A stretch of DNA of 55,761 nt from a virus (lineage: Duplodnaviria; Caudoviricetes), in the IMG/VR virus record IMGVR_UViG_3300037483_001815, positions 1 to 55,761 of that record. One strand, 5' to 3'. The stretch's first letter is position 1, and each line of letters starts with the position of its first letter. The translations under genes were made by a program, and so were the position numbers. The notes under the pieces were generated by a model. It ran no database searches and was not told the DNA's origin. It saw only the letters and a list, made by a program, of their open reading frames with translations. This document shows, piece by piece, positions 37,068-45,472 of this stretch.

Positions 37068-37661
37068 ATGACAGGCCAGCACGTTGGATACATGAGAGTC
37101 AGCAGTACCGATCAGCACACCACCCGCCAGCTGGATGGCATCACCCTGGACCGCACCTTTGAGGAACAGATCAGCGGCAAGGACCGGCAGCGCCCCCGGC
37201 TCACCGAATGCCTGGCCTACCTGCGCCAAGGCGACACCCTGCACGTCCACTCTATAGACCGCCTGGCCCGCAACCTCATGGACCTGCAGCAGATCATTGA
37301 CGACCTGGCCGGACGCGGCGTGGCCGTCAGGTTCGAGAAGGAGCAGCTGACCTTTGACGGATCCGCCGGCAATCCCATGAACCGGCTCATGCTGCAGATG
37401 CTCGGCGCCTTTGCCGAGTTCGAGCGCTCCATGATCCGCGAGCGCCAACGGGAGGGCATCACCGCAGCACAGAAGAAGGGCCTGCACCTGGGCGCACCGC
37501 GCAGCCTGTCCGATGAGCAGGTGGCGGCGATCGCGGCCAGGGGCGACGACAAGGCGGCCGACCTGGCCAAGGAGTTCGGAGTCTGCCGGCAAACCATCTA
37601 CAGCATCCGCCAGGGCCGCTACACCACCACGGCGCCGGTGACCCGCAGTAAAAAACATTGA
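37068..37661 (+). CDS. Small serine recombinase (resolvase/invertase)
   Basis: GYMRVSSTDQ, DRLARN, FAEFERSMIRERQREG, C-terminal HTH; AGGAG RBS. Confidence 0.95.
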   Translation: MTGQHVGYMRVSSTDQHTTRQLDGITLDRTFEEQISGKDRQRPRLTECLAYLRQGDTLHVHSIDRLARNLMDLQQIIDDLAGRGVAVRFEKEQLTFDGSAGNPMNRLMLQMLGAFAEFERSMIRERQREGITAAQKKGLHLGAPRSLSDEQVAAIAARGDDKAADLAKEFGVCRQTIYSIRQGRYTTTAPVTRSKKH

Positions 37662-37917
37662 CCGAAACGCGAAACCGGATTACAAGCAAAAAATCCCCCC
37701 ACCCAGGCCGGCAATCATTTTGCCGGCCTCAACCTGCTTTTTGGTAAACAACAGAAAATACTCATTTTTTGACCGAGCAAGCCCCCTCCCCCCCTCTCAA
37801 AAAAGTGGCCACCAGGCTGTCATCTTGCCCGGCCCTGTCCGCACCTTGGCCGGCAAAACCTCCAACCGCTCGCACGCTAAGCATGGTTTTGGCGCATTTC
37901 GTGGCCTCGGCCAGGGC

Positions 37918-38150
37918 GTGGACAAGCATTTACAAACGAGCAAACACACCAAAACGCTTGCCGGGCAACAGTTCCACTTCTCAAACCGCGGTGGACAGGC
38001 TTTTTTCTGGGCCCTTAATCTATTTTCAATTTTTATTTCCAAAACTTGCCTGGAATAATAGAAAAAAGCCTGTCCAGCTTGTCCACCCAAAAAAACAACG
38101 CTATTCTAACACGATACAACACACCTAATTCCTGGACAGCTTGTCCACCC
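37918..38150. repeat. Origin-like region with inverted GTGGACA(A/G)GC / GCTTGTCCAC repeats around an AT-rich stretch
   Basis: Copies at 37918 and 37991 (+) and 38068, 38077 and 38139 (-); non-coding. Confidence 0.55.
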
Positions 38151-38638
38151 CTTGGCCGGCATTTTTTAGGGGGAGGGAGACGGGAGGGCGCCCGCCGCCC
38201 CTGAGCGCCCCTTTGGGGCGGCTTTGCTGGGCCATGGGGGGATAATTGGTGAAATATTTTTTTAAGCTGTGCTTTCTTTTTGCTTGAAAAATACTCTATA
38301 CGGGTGTAAGACATACATATAGAGCAAAAATAAAGCAGAAAGCAAGCAGACAAAATAAAACTACGGAGAAAACAGCTCACCGAGCAGGGGCAGGCCGAAT
38401 GGATAAAACACTCCTACCTACTGGTCCTGGAAATATCCGCCCCAGGGCGCAAAACATTTTACGTGGATCCCGAGGGATACAATTACGTCCGTTATGCCGG
38501 ATTTGCCCACCAGGAGCAGCCTGCCCCTGCCACGGGGAAAATTGTCAAAATCAGCGACTACCGGGCCGCCCAGGCGGCCGTAAATTAAACACCGGCGCCC
38601 GGGCCGGCAGCGACCCGGGCGCTCCAAGAGGAAATCCC

Positions 38639-39118
38639 ATGAGCAAAAACCCAATCAAAATGAACATCAGAGTGCCGGCAGCGACCCACCAATGGATGGG
38701 ATCCGGCCTGTTTCCCACGGCCCACACTGCGGCCCAATCCATTGTAGTAGCCTCGCACCGGCTCTACCGGCTGACCATTGAAGAAATTAAAGGCCGCTTT
38801 TCCGCGGGTGAGCTGCACATGATCATTACCAGCGTCGAAAACCTGGAACCAGCCGGCATAGCCGCCGGCGGCGAAATGCTGCTGCAGATAAACGATATGG
38901 TCAGCCTGCGGCAGCTGGACGGGGAAATACCGGATATAGCCGGCTTCATGGCCCGGATCCGCCGGCTGACCGCCTACCAGGCCGCCGTCCTGCAATGGTG
39001 GGCCATGGGTTATCACAACCTCTCCAAACGCGGCGCCTCGAGCCTGGAGCTGCAGGAATACCTGGACACCATTTGCGTCAGCGAAAAAGATCTGGACATC
39101 AACACCACAAACGATTAA
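38639..39118 (+). CDS. Hypothetical protein, possible ribbon-helix-helix N-terminus
   Basis: AGAGG RBS before ATG 38639; KMNIRVPAATHQWM. Confidence 0.7.
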   Translation: MSKNPIKMNIRVPAATHQWMGSGLFPTAHTAAQSIVVASHRLYRLTIEEIKGRFSAGELHMIITSVENLEPAGIAAGGEMLLQINDMVSLRQLDGEIPDIAGFMARIRRLTAYQAAVLQWWAMGYHNLSKRGASSLELQEYLDTICVSEKDLDINTTND

Positions 39119-39194
39119 CCACTGCCGGTGGGAGAGATCGAATTTTTCCGCCAGAATAAACGAATTTCAGGGACCGCTTTTGAAGGAGGACAAA

Positions 39195-39461
39195 ATGCCA
39201 GCAGTACCAATCAGACGAGATAAATATACGGATATCACCTTTGAAATCCTCGCCCGCGTCAGGCTGCAGTCGTGCCTCTTCCCCCTACAGCGGGAAATAG
39301 AGGATGAAATAATCAAAAATGCCAGGACTAAATCAGCCGCCTATGTCCGCGGCCTGCGTTTTGCCCTGGAGAAAATCAAGGAGCATCGGCAAGAGTACCG
39401 GGAGCAGGAACTGGAATTGTTGCGGGAAGAAGAACAAATCAAAGCCCGCCGCCAGGCCTGA
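39195..39461 (+). CDS. Hypothetical coiled-coil protein
   Basis: AAGGAGG RBS before ATG 39195. Confidence 0.7.
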   Translation: MPAVPIRRDKYTDITFEILARVRLQSCLFPLQREIEDEIIKNARTKSAAYVRGLRFALEKIKEHRQEYREQELELLREEEQIKARRQA

Positions 39462-39500
39462 ATAAAAAAAGCCCCGGCCTGCTGGAACAGGACCGGGGCC
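39461..39500 (-). terminator. Rho-independent terminator of the leftward early operon
   Basis: Minus strand GCCCCGGTCCTG-TTCCAG-CAGGCCGGGGC-TTTTTTTATT at the point of convergent genes. Confidence 0.8.
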
Positions 39501-39576
39501 ACTACACGGCCAATACCTACGGAGGACATGGCCGCAATCAATCTACCATACCCGACGCACCCAGGGCAACCCTGGC

Positions 39577-40068
39577 CTACTTCTTCTCGATCCCGACCTT
39601 CCCCCACTGCCAGCTGGCAGGCAGGTTCCCCCCCAGCCACACCGAGTTGAACATGACCACGGCCCAGTCCGGATCCTCGGTGCTCTCCGCCACGTCCATC
39701 ATCAGCCTGGCGTCGGCCCGCAATTTCTCCAGCCGCGTGCCGCCGGCAAAATACCACCCATCATGCCAAAAACAATACGGGTAGAGATTAACCCCACGCC
39801 AACGCTGGGGGCAGCCACCGCTGCAGCCGTCCGACACAAAAAGCTTGTCCGGCAACTGCTTCCGGAGCTTGGCCACCAGGGCCGGCCTGGTCCCGTCCAT
39901 CACGGCCAGCTGTAGCAGCTGCTTGGCCGTGATGGTCTCCCCAGGGGACGGAAGAACGGCAATGCTTGCCGGCGGGGCAATGCTTGCCGGATCTGCCCCG
40001 GCAGCAGGGCACGCGGCGCAGGAAATGCTGCACAGCAACAGGATGATGGCTATTAATTTCTTCGACAT
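39577..40068 (-). CDS. Exported phospholipase A2-like protein
   Basis: Signal peptide; SDGCS...CFWHDGWY...RADARL resembles the prokaryotic PLA2 CxxHDxxY motif. Confidence 0.55.
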   Translation of the reverse strand: MSKKLIAIILLLCSISCAACPAAGADPASIAPPASIAVLPSPGETITAKQLLQLAVMDGTRPALVAKLRKQLPDKLFVSDGCSGGCPQRWRGVNLYPYCFWHDGWYFAGGTRLEKLRADARLMMDVAESTEDPDWAVVMFNSVWLGGNLPASWQWGKVGIEKK

Positions 40069-40090
40069 TTTGCACTCCTTTTCTGCTACG

Positions 40091-40624
40091 TTATGCCTCT
40101 ACTGCCAACCCGAGCGGATTGCCATCCATAACCGAGCAAATGATCTTCTCCATTTCGGCATCATCTGCCTTAATGCTGGTCAAAAGCCATCTGCCGTCAG
40201 GCAGCGGGTAATAATTCGTGTCAGGGACGCCATAACCAAAATGCGCAGAAAGGGAATTCGCCCGCATTGAGACAGAGGACTTGCACGAAAATTGCGATTG
40301 AGGAATGCCGGCTTTATCGGCTGCAGCACCCAAAATTCTACACGGCCCGTAATCGACATCAAGCCATGGGGGAAAATGTTCCTTATCCAGCGGCTCGTCT
40401 CGCAGCCGCACCAGCTCAGCGGTAAGAACTTGCCGAAACGTTTCAACCCTGGCGGGCATGTCGTCTACCAGCGCCTTGTCGCTTTGAATATTTATTGTGG
40501 CCAGCATGAGGACCATGCCGCCGTGTACCGAGTTATCCCCGTTGTTAAAAACAGGCACAAAAAGCTTTTTGCACCAAATATCAACCGCCTTGCGGATAAT
40601 CAAATCAGAAACTTTTACTCGCAT
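40091..40624 (-). CDS. Hypothetical protein
   Basis: 177 aa, GGAGG RBS, lower GC. Confidence 0.75.
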   Translation of the reverse strand: MRVKVSDLIIRKAVDIWCKKLFVPVFNNGDNSVHGGMVLMLATINIQSDKALVDDMPARVETFRQVLTAELVRLRDEPLDKEHFPPWLDVDYGPCRILGAAADKAGIPQSQFSCKSSVSMRANSLSAHFGYGVPDTNYYPLPDGRWLLTSIKADDAEMEKIICSVMDGNPLGLAVEA

Positions 40625-40732
40625 CGTTATACCTCCTAGCGGTCATTAGTTTTTATGTTCTCATCCCGCGTCGAAACGCGGTCGTGGGAGCTGCTGGTTG
40701 TGGTTTGCGGGCTGATTGCCTCAGCCTCTTCG

Positions 40733-41023
40733 TTAGCGGTCGGTCCGCTGCAACCTATCTATTTCAGCAGCAATCAAAGCACCGGCAACGGCCAGTTTAT
40801 CGATCTGGTTTTTTTGGTCGAATTTCTCTTTATATTTTTTGTCCCATGTCTCCGGCCACCGGCCCAACTGTGCTCCACGTGGCACCTTCGCAAGCAGGTA
40901 TATGGCCGCTCCTACCAACTCTCCGCTACAATGACCAGGGCTTTTGTCATGGACATAGTCAAAACCATGCTTCAATATCTGCTCGTTTCTTTCTTTGGTG
41001 ATGAGATACAAGCCATCCTTCAT
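40733..41023 (-). CDS. Phage hypothetical protein (cassette 1)
   Basis: AGGAG RBS; ERNEQILKHG..HD..GEL..AA..LAVAGALIAAEIDRLQR. Confidence 0.8.
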   Translation of the reverse strand: MKDGLYLITKERNEQILKHGFDYVHDKSPGHCSGELVGAAIYLLAKVPRGAQLGRWPETWDKKYKEKFDQKNQIDKLAVAGALIAAEIDRLQRTDR

Positions 41024-41044
41024 TCCACTCTCCTGTAATTTTTC

Positions 41045-41114
41045 CGCTAACAAATCGGTCGAGTTCGGGCCAGGCCCGGCAAACAGCGCCGGGCCGCTCA
41101 CCTCACCGTTGGCA
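41045..41114 (+). other. attC site (70 bp)
   Basis: R'' CGCTAAC, 5 nt, L'' GGT(C)GAGT, hairpin GGCCCGGC/GCCGGGCC, L' GCTCACC, 5 nt, R' GTTGGCA. Confidence 0.85.
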
Positions 41115-41117
41115 ATC

Positions 41118-41987
41118 CTAAGCTACCTTGCGCCTGTAGTCATCCCAGGTGCAGGATTTGTAAATTGCCCGATGGTTCACCCAGCGAGCAAATGCCTTTT
41201 GATCATTGGCGGGCTCGGCACCGTCCGGGGCTCGGAAAGGTTGCGCGAACGGAACCACATACATGCCCTTCAGGAAGCGCACCCTCTCCAGGGCATCGTC
41301 AACGTCTCGCACCAGGACATAGCAAAAAATCTGTGCCGGGTTTACGTTGTGCCACCTGAGCAGTTCGACCGCCCGCCGGATCGTGTCTATCTGGCCCGCG
41401 GTATCACATGCTAAACGAATGTGCCGAATCCATTTCAACTTTCCGAGTCGGCGGGCAACAGAGTCGTCAATCAGGCGGGCATCTAGGCCCTGGTTAAAAT
41501 CCACACGCAGGCCGAGGCGGGCCATTTTGTCAATCTGATCTAGGCCGTGAGAGTGGGCCAGCACGTTGTTGTCCATCAGCACCACGTCACGGTGACGGGC
41601 AAAGGCTTCCACGTCCTGGTGTGGCCGTATTGCCCCTTCCTTGCGCGGCACGAAACACCATTCGCAATGTCGGATACAGCCGCGAGTCAGAAAACCATAG
41701 CTCTCGTTACAGCCGTATATTGAGTAATCCGGGCAAAGAAGCTCAATGTCATCAGTCAGCACCGTTGCAACGTCATGGCCGGTGCCGCCGTAGATCGTGC
41801 CGGCCGGTAGGTACGGGTCTGGCTTCGACCAGGTAAATACCTTGGAGGAGTAAACGCGGTCATACCCTCCGGTCAGGGCGCTGAACCACTCAACGGTATC
41901 ACCTTGCGCCCGGTGATGTGCCGCGATCTTCATCAAGGCCACATTGGGGTACTTGGTAGCGTCGTTGTCGTGTAGGGCAATTTTCAT
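41118..41987 (-). CDS. Radical SAM protein (cassette 2)
   Basis: TRGCIRHCEWC CxxxCxxC motif, DNN, DFNQGLD. Confidence 0.9.
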   Translation of the reverse strand: MKIALHDNDATKYPNVALMKIAAHHRAQGDTVEWFSALTGGYDRVYSSKVFTWSKPDPYLPAGTIYGGTGHDVATVLTDDIELLCPDYSIYGCNESYGFLTRGCIRHCEWCFVPRKEGAIRPHQDVEAFARHRDVVLMDNNVLAHSHGLDQIDKMARLGLRVDFNQGLDARLIDDSVARRLGKLKWIRHIRLACDTAGQIDTIRRAVELLRWHNVNPAQIFCYVLVRDVDDALERVRFLKGMYVVPFAQPFRAPDGAEPANDQKAFARWVNHRAIYKSCTWDDYRRKVA

Positions 41988-42008
41988 CGTTCCATCCAAA
42001 TTTCGGAT

Positions 42009-42097
42009 TGCCAACAAATCGGCTCACCAGACGGCGGTGAGCCTTCCGAATTTCAATCAAGTTTTGTGGCCGCCGCAGGTGGCCTCAGTCGTTATGG
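42009..42097 (+). other. attC site (89 bp)
   Basis: R'' TGCCAAC, 5 nt, L'' GGC(T)CACC, CGGCGG/CCGCCG stem, L' GGTGGCC, 6 nt, R' GTTATGG. Confidence 0.85.
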
Positions 42098-42271
42098 CAA
42101 TAAAAACTCAACGCCGACAAGGTCTTCGTGCCCCGTTTTTACATCGGTCACCCAGTACACCCGGTCATCATTGTAATCAAAATAGGAGATGAGCCTAACC
42201 GTTGCTGTCCCAAGAGCAAAATGCACAGTCCTAGTCTTTTTAGCTCTGCTCTTGCGCCATAATTTAGCCAT
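42092..42271 (-). CDS. Small hypothetical protein (cassette 3)
   Basis: ATG within R'' box, TAA within R' box, GAGGTG RBS inside attC. Confidence 0.6.
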   Translation of the reverse strand: MAKLWRKSRAKKTRTVHFALGTATVRLISYFDYNDDRVYWVTDVKTGHEDLVGVEFLLP

Positions 42272-42325
42272 AACCAATCACCTCAGCGGACCGCTACGCT
42301 CCGCCGCTTTACCTTTTCGTTATGC
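42268..42325 (+). other. attC site (58 bp, 59-be size, L boxes imperfect)
   Basis: CCATAAC caatc ... AGCGG/CCGCT ... GTTATGC. Confidence 0.7.
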
Positions 42326-42571
42326 CCGTCGATTCCACGCCTCAACCGGCAGGTTTTTTCTGCTGGATTCACCCGATTGGCAATTGCAGGTTTCACAGCA
42401 GACTTTCCACCACTTACCATTGTTGTCAACTCTCAGAAATGGTCCTTTGTTGAAAAGCGGGTCTGTTGCTTTTTTTGTAGAGTCGCCGCAGAATGGACAC
42501 GGCTTGAGGGCATAACCAGACGAATCGACCGGCCCTGCATCCGCCGTTTTTGAGCCCTGATTAGTTGACAT
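42320..42571 (-). CDS. Lar-like restriction alleviation protein (cassette 4)
   Basis: LKPCPFCG...VCCETC...EAWNRRA signature; GGAGG RBS. Confidence 0.8.
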   Translation of the reverse strand: MSTNQGSKTADAGPVDSSGYALKPCPFCGDSTKKATDPLFNKGPFLRVDNNGKWWKVCCETCNCQSGESSRKNLPVEAWNRRA

Positions 42572-42596
42572 ACTAAATTTACCTCCGTGGTTGTGC
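42510..42596 (+). other. Degenerate attC site
   Basis: GCATAAC ... acctccgtg GTTGTGC; core boxes present, L boxes poorly paired. Confidence 0.45.
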
Positions 42597-42597
42597 C

Positions 42598-43692
42598 TCA
42601 AACAGCTCGAAACTCTACAACCCAAACAAACGGGTTCTCTTCCCAAGATTTGAGGCCGTTAATATCTTTCCAGCAGGCTTCAAAGGCCAGCTGCGCGTTT
42701 CCATAGCTTTTCCCTGCCCATGATTCAAGCCCGTTCAGGCCAGGCATAAAAACTTCTGCTTTTGCATCGGCACGGCTGATCCCCTGTACTCGCTCTACGC
42801 GGATACTCAATATCTCCAATGTAATCCTGGAAGCAGCCCGTCGCATAAAAATGGACGGACGCTTGCGGTAATGCCTGCGGTCGGTCGTTTCCGGGGTCTC
42901 AGTGGCGGCGTAATACGGTCGGTCGTTATTGTCCACGCACTCCCACCATGTTTCACGGACCCATAACCTATCGCCAGTTTTGCCATAAGGACATTTCCGC
43001 CAAACGGGATCATCAATATTTTGCGGTATCGAATCCTGAAACCGTGCATGGATATGGCCATCGTTGCATTCCAGCCAGGACACGCGGCGCTTATATCCTG
43101 GCAATACCTCCCAATGATGTGCAGGTGGTTGTGGCTTTACAATCCTCCGCGTCTGCGTTTTTTCCCCTGCCAGAATAGCCATGACCATCGGCCCTGAGAA
43201 CAAAACAGGGCGACAGGAAGGCCGTTTTCTCTTTTTTCTCCTCATAAATCCCCCCCCATTTGCCCGCACTATCGTTGTTGTCTCGACAACCCCGCCGGCC
43301 CTGGCCGGCGTTGAATAAACCCAGCACCCATCAATCCCCGTGCGCATCCAGCCGATAAACGCGGCGGCATAGCCGTCCACCGGCATATCTTCCACCCGCC
43401 CCCCCACCACCTGCCGGAAACAGAGCGCCCTGCCGGTCAAATCGGTTATGCTGCCGGCATACTCCAACGCGCAGCCCGGCAACATCCTCACCCGGGTGAA
43501 CCCGGCAGAGGTATGCCCGCCCCGGATCGTGGTGAACCGATCCCCTGGGACCATCAGCGACTTGTCGCCCAGCTCCTGGGGAGAAGCGGAAAGCTCCGGC
43601 CGCCGGCGGAAAAGAAATAAAAAACTGTCCCACATAGCCACCCGGTCATACAGAAAACCGGGATAGCGGATGCCCTTTGCCTTTTTCCCCAT
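42598..43692 (-). CDS. ASCH/PUA-like phage protein with N-terminal extension (internal start at 43245)
   Basis: PVLFSGPMVMAILAGEKTQTRR, CPYGKTGDRLWVRET, PSIFMRRAASRITLEI, NPFVWVVEF. Confidence 0.75.
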   Translation of the reverse strand: MGKKAKGIRYPGFLYDRVAMWDSFLFLFRRRPELSASPQELGDKSLMVPGDRFTTIRGGHTSAGFTRVRMLPGCALEYAGSITDLTGRALCFRQVVGGRVEDMPVDGYAAAFIGWMRTGIDGCWVYSTPARAGGVVETTTIVRANGGGFMRRKKRKRPSCRPVLFSGPMVMAILAGEKTQTRRIVKPQPPAHHWEVLPGYKRRVSWLECNDGHIHARFQDSIPQNIDDPVWRKCPYGKTGDRLWVRETWWECVDNNDRPYYAATETPETTDRRHYRKRPSIFMRRAASRITLEILSIRVERVQGISRADAKAEVFMPGLNGLESWAGKSYGNAQLAFEACWKDINGLKSWEENPFVWVVEFRAV

Positions 43693-43710
43693 GTCCCATC
43701 ACCTCCCTTG

Positions 43711-44097
43711 TCAGTTCGGGACCTGACCGTTATCATTCTCCTGCCGGGCCATCTCCGTGCGGACATACCCCTGGGCAACCTCCATGATATGGCTGGACCA
43801 GGCCAGCGTATCAGGATCCGAAAGAATAAATGTCAGCCGCCCCACCTGAGCAGCCGATTGTGCCGCCGCCGGCCAGTCTACCAGCACCAGCAGCCGCGGC
43901 GACATCCCAACCGCGTCAATCTCGCTGATGGTGGCCATCGTGGCACGCAGAATGCCGCTTATCGCCTGGCCTGTAGGACCATTCAGCAACTGGCTGCCGG
44001 CGATCCGGCCCATGTCCTCCATCAGCCGCACCAGGTTAAACCGGAACAGCTCAAGCTCCTCTTCGGTCGGCACCTTTCCCTGTTCATCCATTGTCAT
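43711..44097 (-). CDS. Hypothetical protein
   Basis: 128 aa, GGGAGG RBS. Confidence 0.7.
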   Translation of the reverse strand: MTMDEQGKVPTEEELELFRFNLVRLMEDMGRIAGSQLLNGPTGQAISGILRATMATISEIDAVGMSPRLLVLVDWPAAAQSAAQVGRLTFILSDPDTLAWSSHIMEVAQGYVRTEMARQENDNGQVPN

Positions 44098-44151
44098 CCT
44101 CCCGTCATCCTGTCCATTAAGTTATGTTCTTGCCCCAACTGACCATCGTTT

Positions 44152-44580
44152 TTACAGAAATGGATCATCAGGCCACGCCATCCAGTGTGTAGCCTCCTCT
44201 GTCGGAAACGGGGCAAGGCCAATATCCTGCGCCCATACAAATTCTGCTTGGCAATCATCCCACCGCAGAGCTAAGTGCTGGGCAACCCGGCCAGGACCGG
44301 CGGCAACAATACAAATCTGATCAGGCTGCGGCTTTATCTGCGGGAAGGGAAGCCAAACAACATTGTTCTTCCCCTCACACTCATTTTTATAATGGATGGC
44401 ATACGTTTTACCGCACCCGCACCTCACACAAACCCCAGTAGAGTCAAAACAATGGCCATAAACAACAAAATACGGTGACGCATCAACTCCGGCCGCCTCA
44501 ACCACAGACCGCTTACTTTTCCGCCGCAATATCCCCGCCGCAATTTTTTCAACTCCTCGCCGCTGCCTATAACTCATCAT
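44152..44580 (-). CDS. Hypothetical protein with DUF551-like C-terminus
   Basis: ATHWMAWPDDP terminal motif; start reassigned to 44580. Confidence 0.6.
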   Translation of the reverse strand: MMSYRQRRGVEKIAAGILRRKSKRSVVEAAGVDASPYFVVYGHCFDSTGVCVRCGCGKTYAIHYKNECEGKNNVVWLPFPQIKPQPDQICIVAAGPGRVAQHLALRWDDCQAEFVWAQDIGLAPFPTEEATHWMAWPDDPFL

Positions 44581-44803
44581 TCGTTTTTCCTTTTTTTTCC
44601 GCCGGAAACCTGAACGAGCACCTGGCCCGCTGGCACCAGCCGCCGGCTGGCGACAACGAGGCCCTGGTCCTGGCCTCCAGACACCAAGCATCATCCGGCC
44701 CAGCCGGTTTTCCTCGGATCTTCTCGGGCCAGGCCGGGCAACCGACATGGATCGCAGGCTTTTTCTCCACGGCCGCCGGCGGCCGGCCTGGCGCCACAAT
44801 CAC
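44567..44803 (-). CDS. Small Cys-containing hypothetical protein
   Basis: GTGA overlap with upstream gene, overlaps downstream start. Confidence 0.5.
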   Translation of the reverse strand: MIVAPGRPPAAVEKKPAIHVGCPAWPEKIRGKPAGPDDAWCLEARTRASLSPAGGWCQRARCSFRFPAEKKGKTNDEL

Positions 44804-45144
44804 GCCAAAGCCTTGGCAGACTTATTGACCGCCTGTTCAGCCCGCACCTGGTCAATATCCACCATGGTCACCTGGTAGCCGGTCAGCAACGCGCGGATCT
44901 CCTCTTCCGAACCCCACCAGCATTCGCAGCCATACACCCGCTGGCCGTTATCCAGATCGAGCCGGGGGTTCACCCGCCCGGCGGCTTTAATGCCCTGGGC
45001 GAACCAGCCCTTGGCCTCCTGCGGCACAAAATCGCCGACATAGACCCCATATCCTAAAAACTTTGCCTCTTCCTCCACCGTACAGAGAATGGCACCCACC
45101 CGGTCACCCACCGCCGGCCACTTCCTTTTCTTGCTTCCAGACAT
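44800..45144 (-). CDS. Hypothetical phage protein
   Basis: AAGGAG RBS before ATG 45144; FLGYGVYVGD..NPRLDLDNG..YGCECWW. Confidence 0.75.
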   Translation of the reverse strand: MSGSKKRKWPAVGDRVGAILCTVEEEAKFLGYGVYVGDFVPQEAKGWFAQGIKAAGRVNPRLDLDNGQRVYGCECWWGSEEEIRALLTGYQVTMVDIDQVRAEQAVNKSAKALA

Positions 45145-45472
45145 AGCCCTTGCTCCTTTGTCAAAAATGCAGGCCGGCACGGCGGCGGTTTCGGGAAACA
45201 GCCAGCTATGGAGTTGAACCAAGCACACTAACCGCCAAACTCTGACCGTTGAGTTATCCAATGCTGCCCCCTCCTGTCCCGCACCAGCCTGCAAAATCAA
45301 ACCTAATCATCAACCTCCTCGAAAACTTCCGGCTGCAGCACCACATACTGATCGATGCCGCAGCCACAGCAAATGAAACTGACCTCCACGCCGTCCTCTT
45401 CCGCTGACCCGGCCACGGTAAATGCAGCCGGGTCATTCGGGTCATTGTCCGTCTTGCATAATTTACACAGCA

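Noticed and set aside
37720-38400. ORFs of 97-119 aa on both strands
   Set aside because: No RBS or protein-like composition; region is repeat- and homopolymer-rich, more consistent with an origin
39476-39495. TGGAACAGGAC similarity between the terminator and the scaffold hairpins
   Set aside because: Opposite strand context and lacks the ACCAC-GCC internal loop; probably chance
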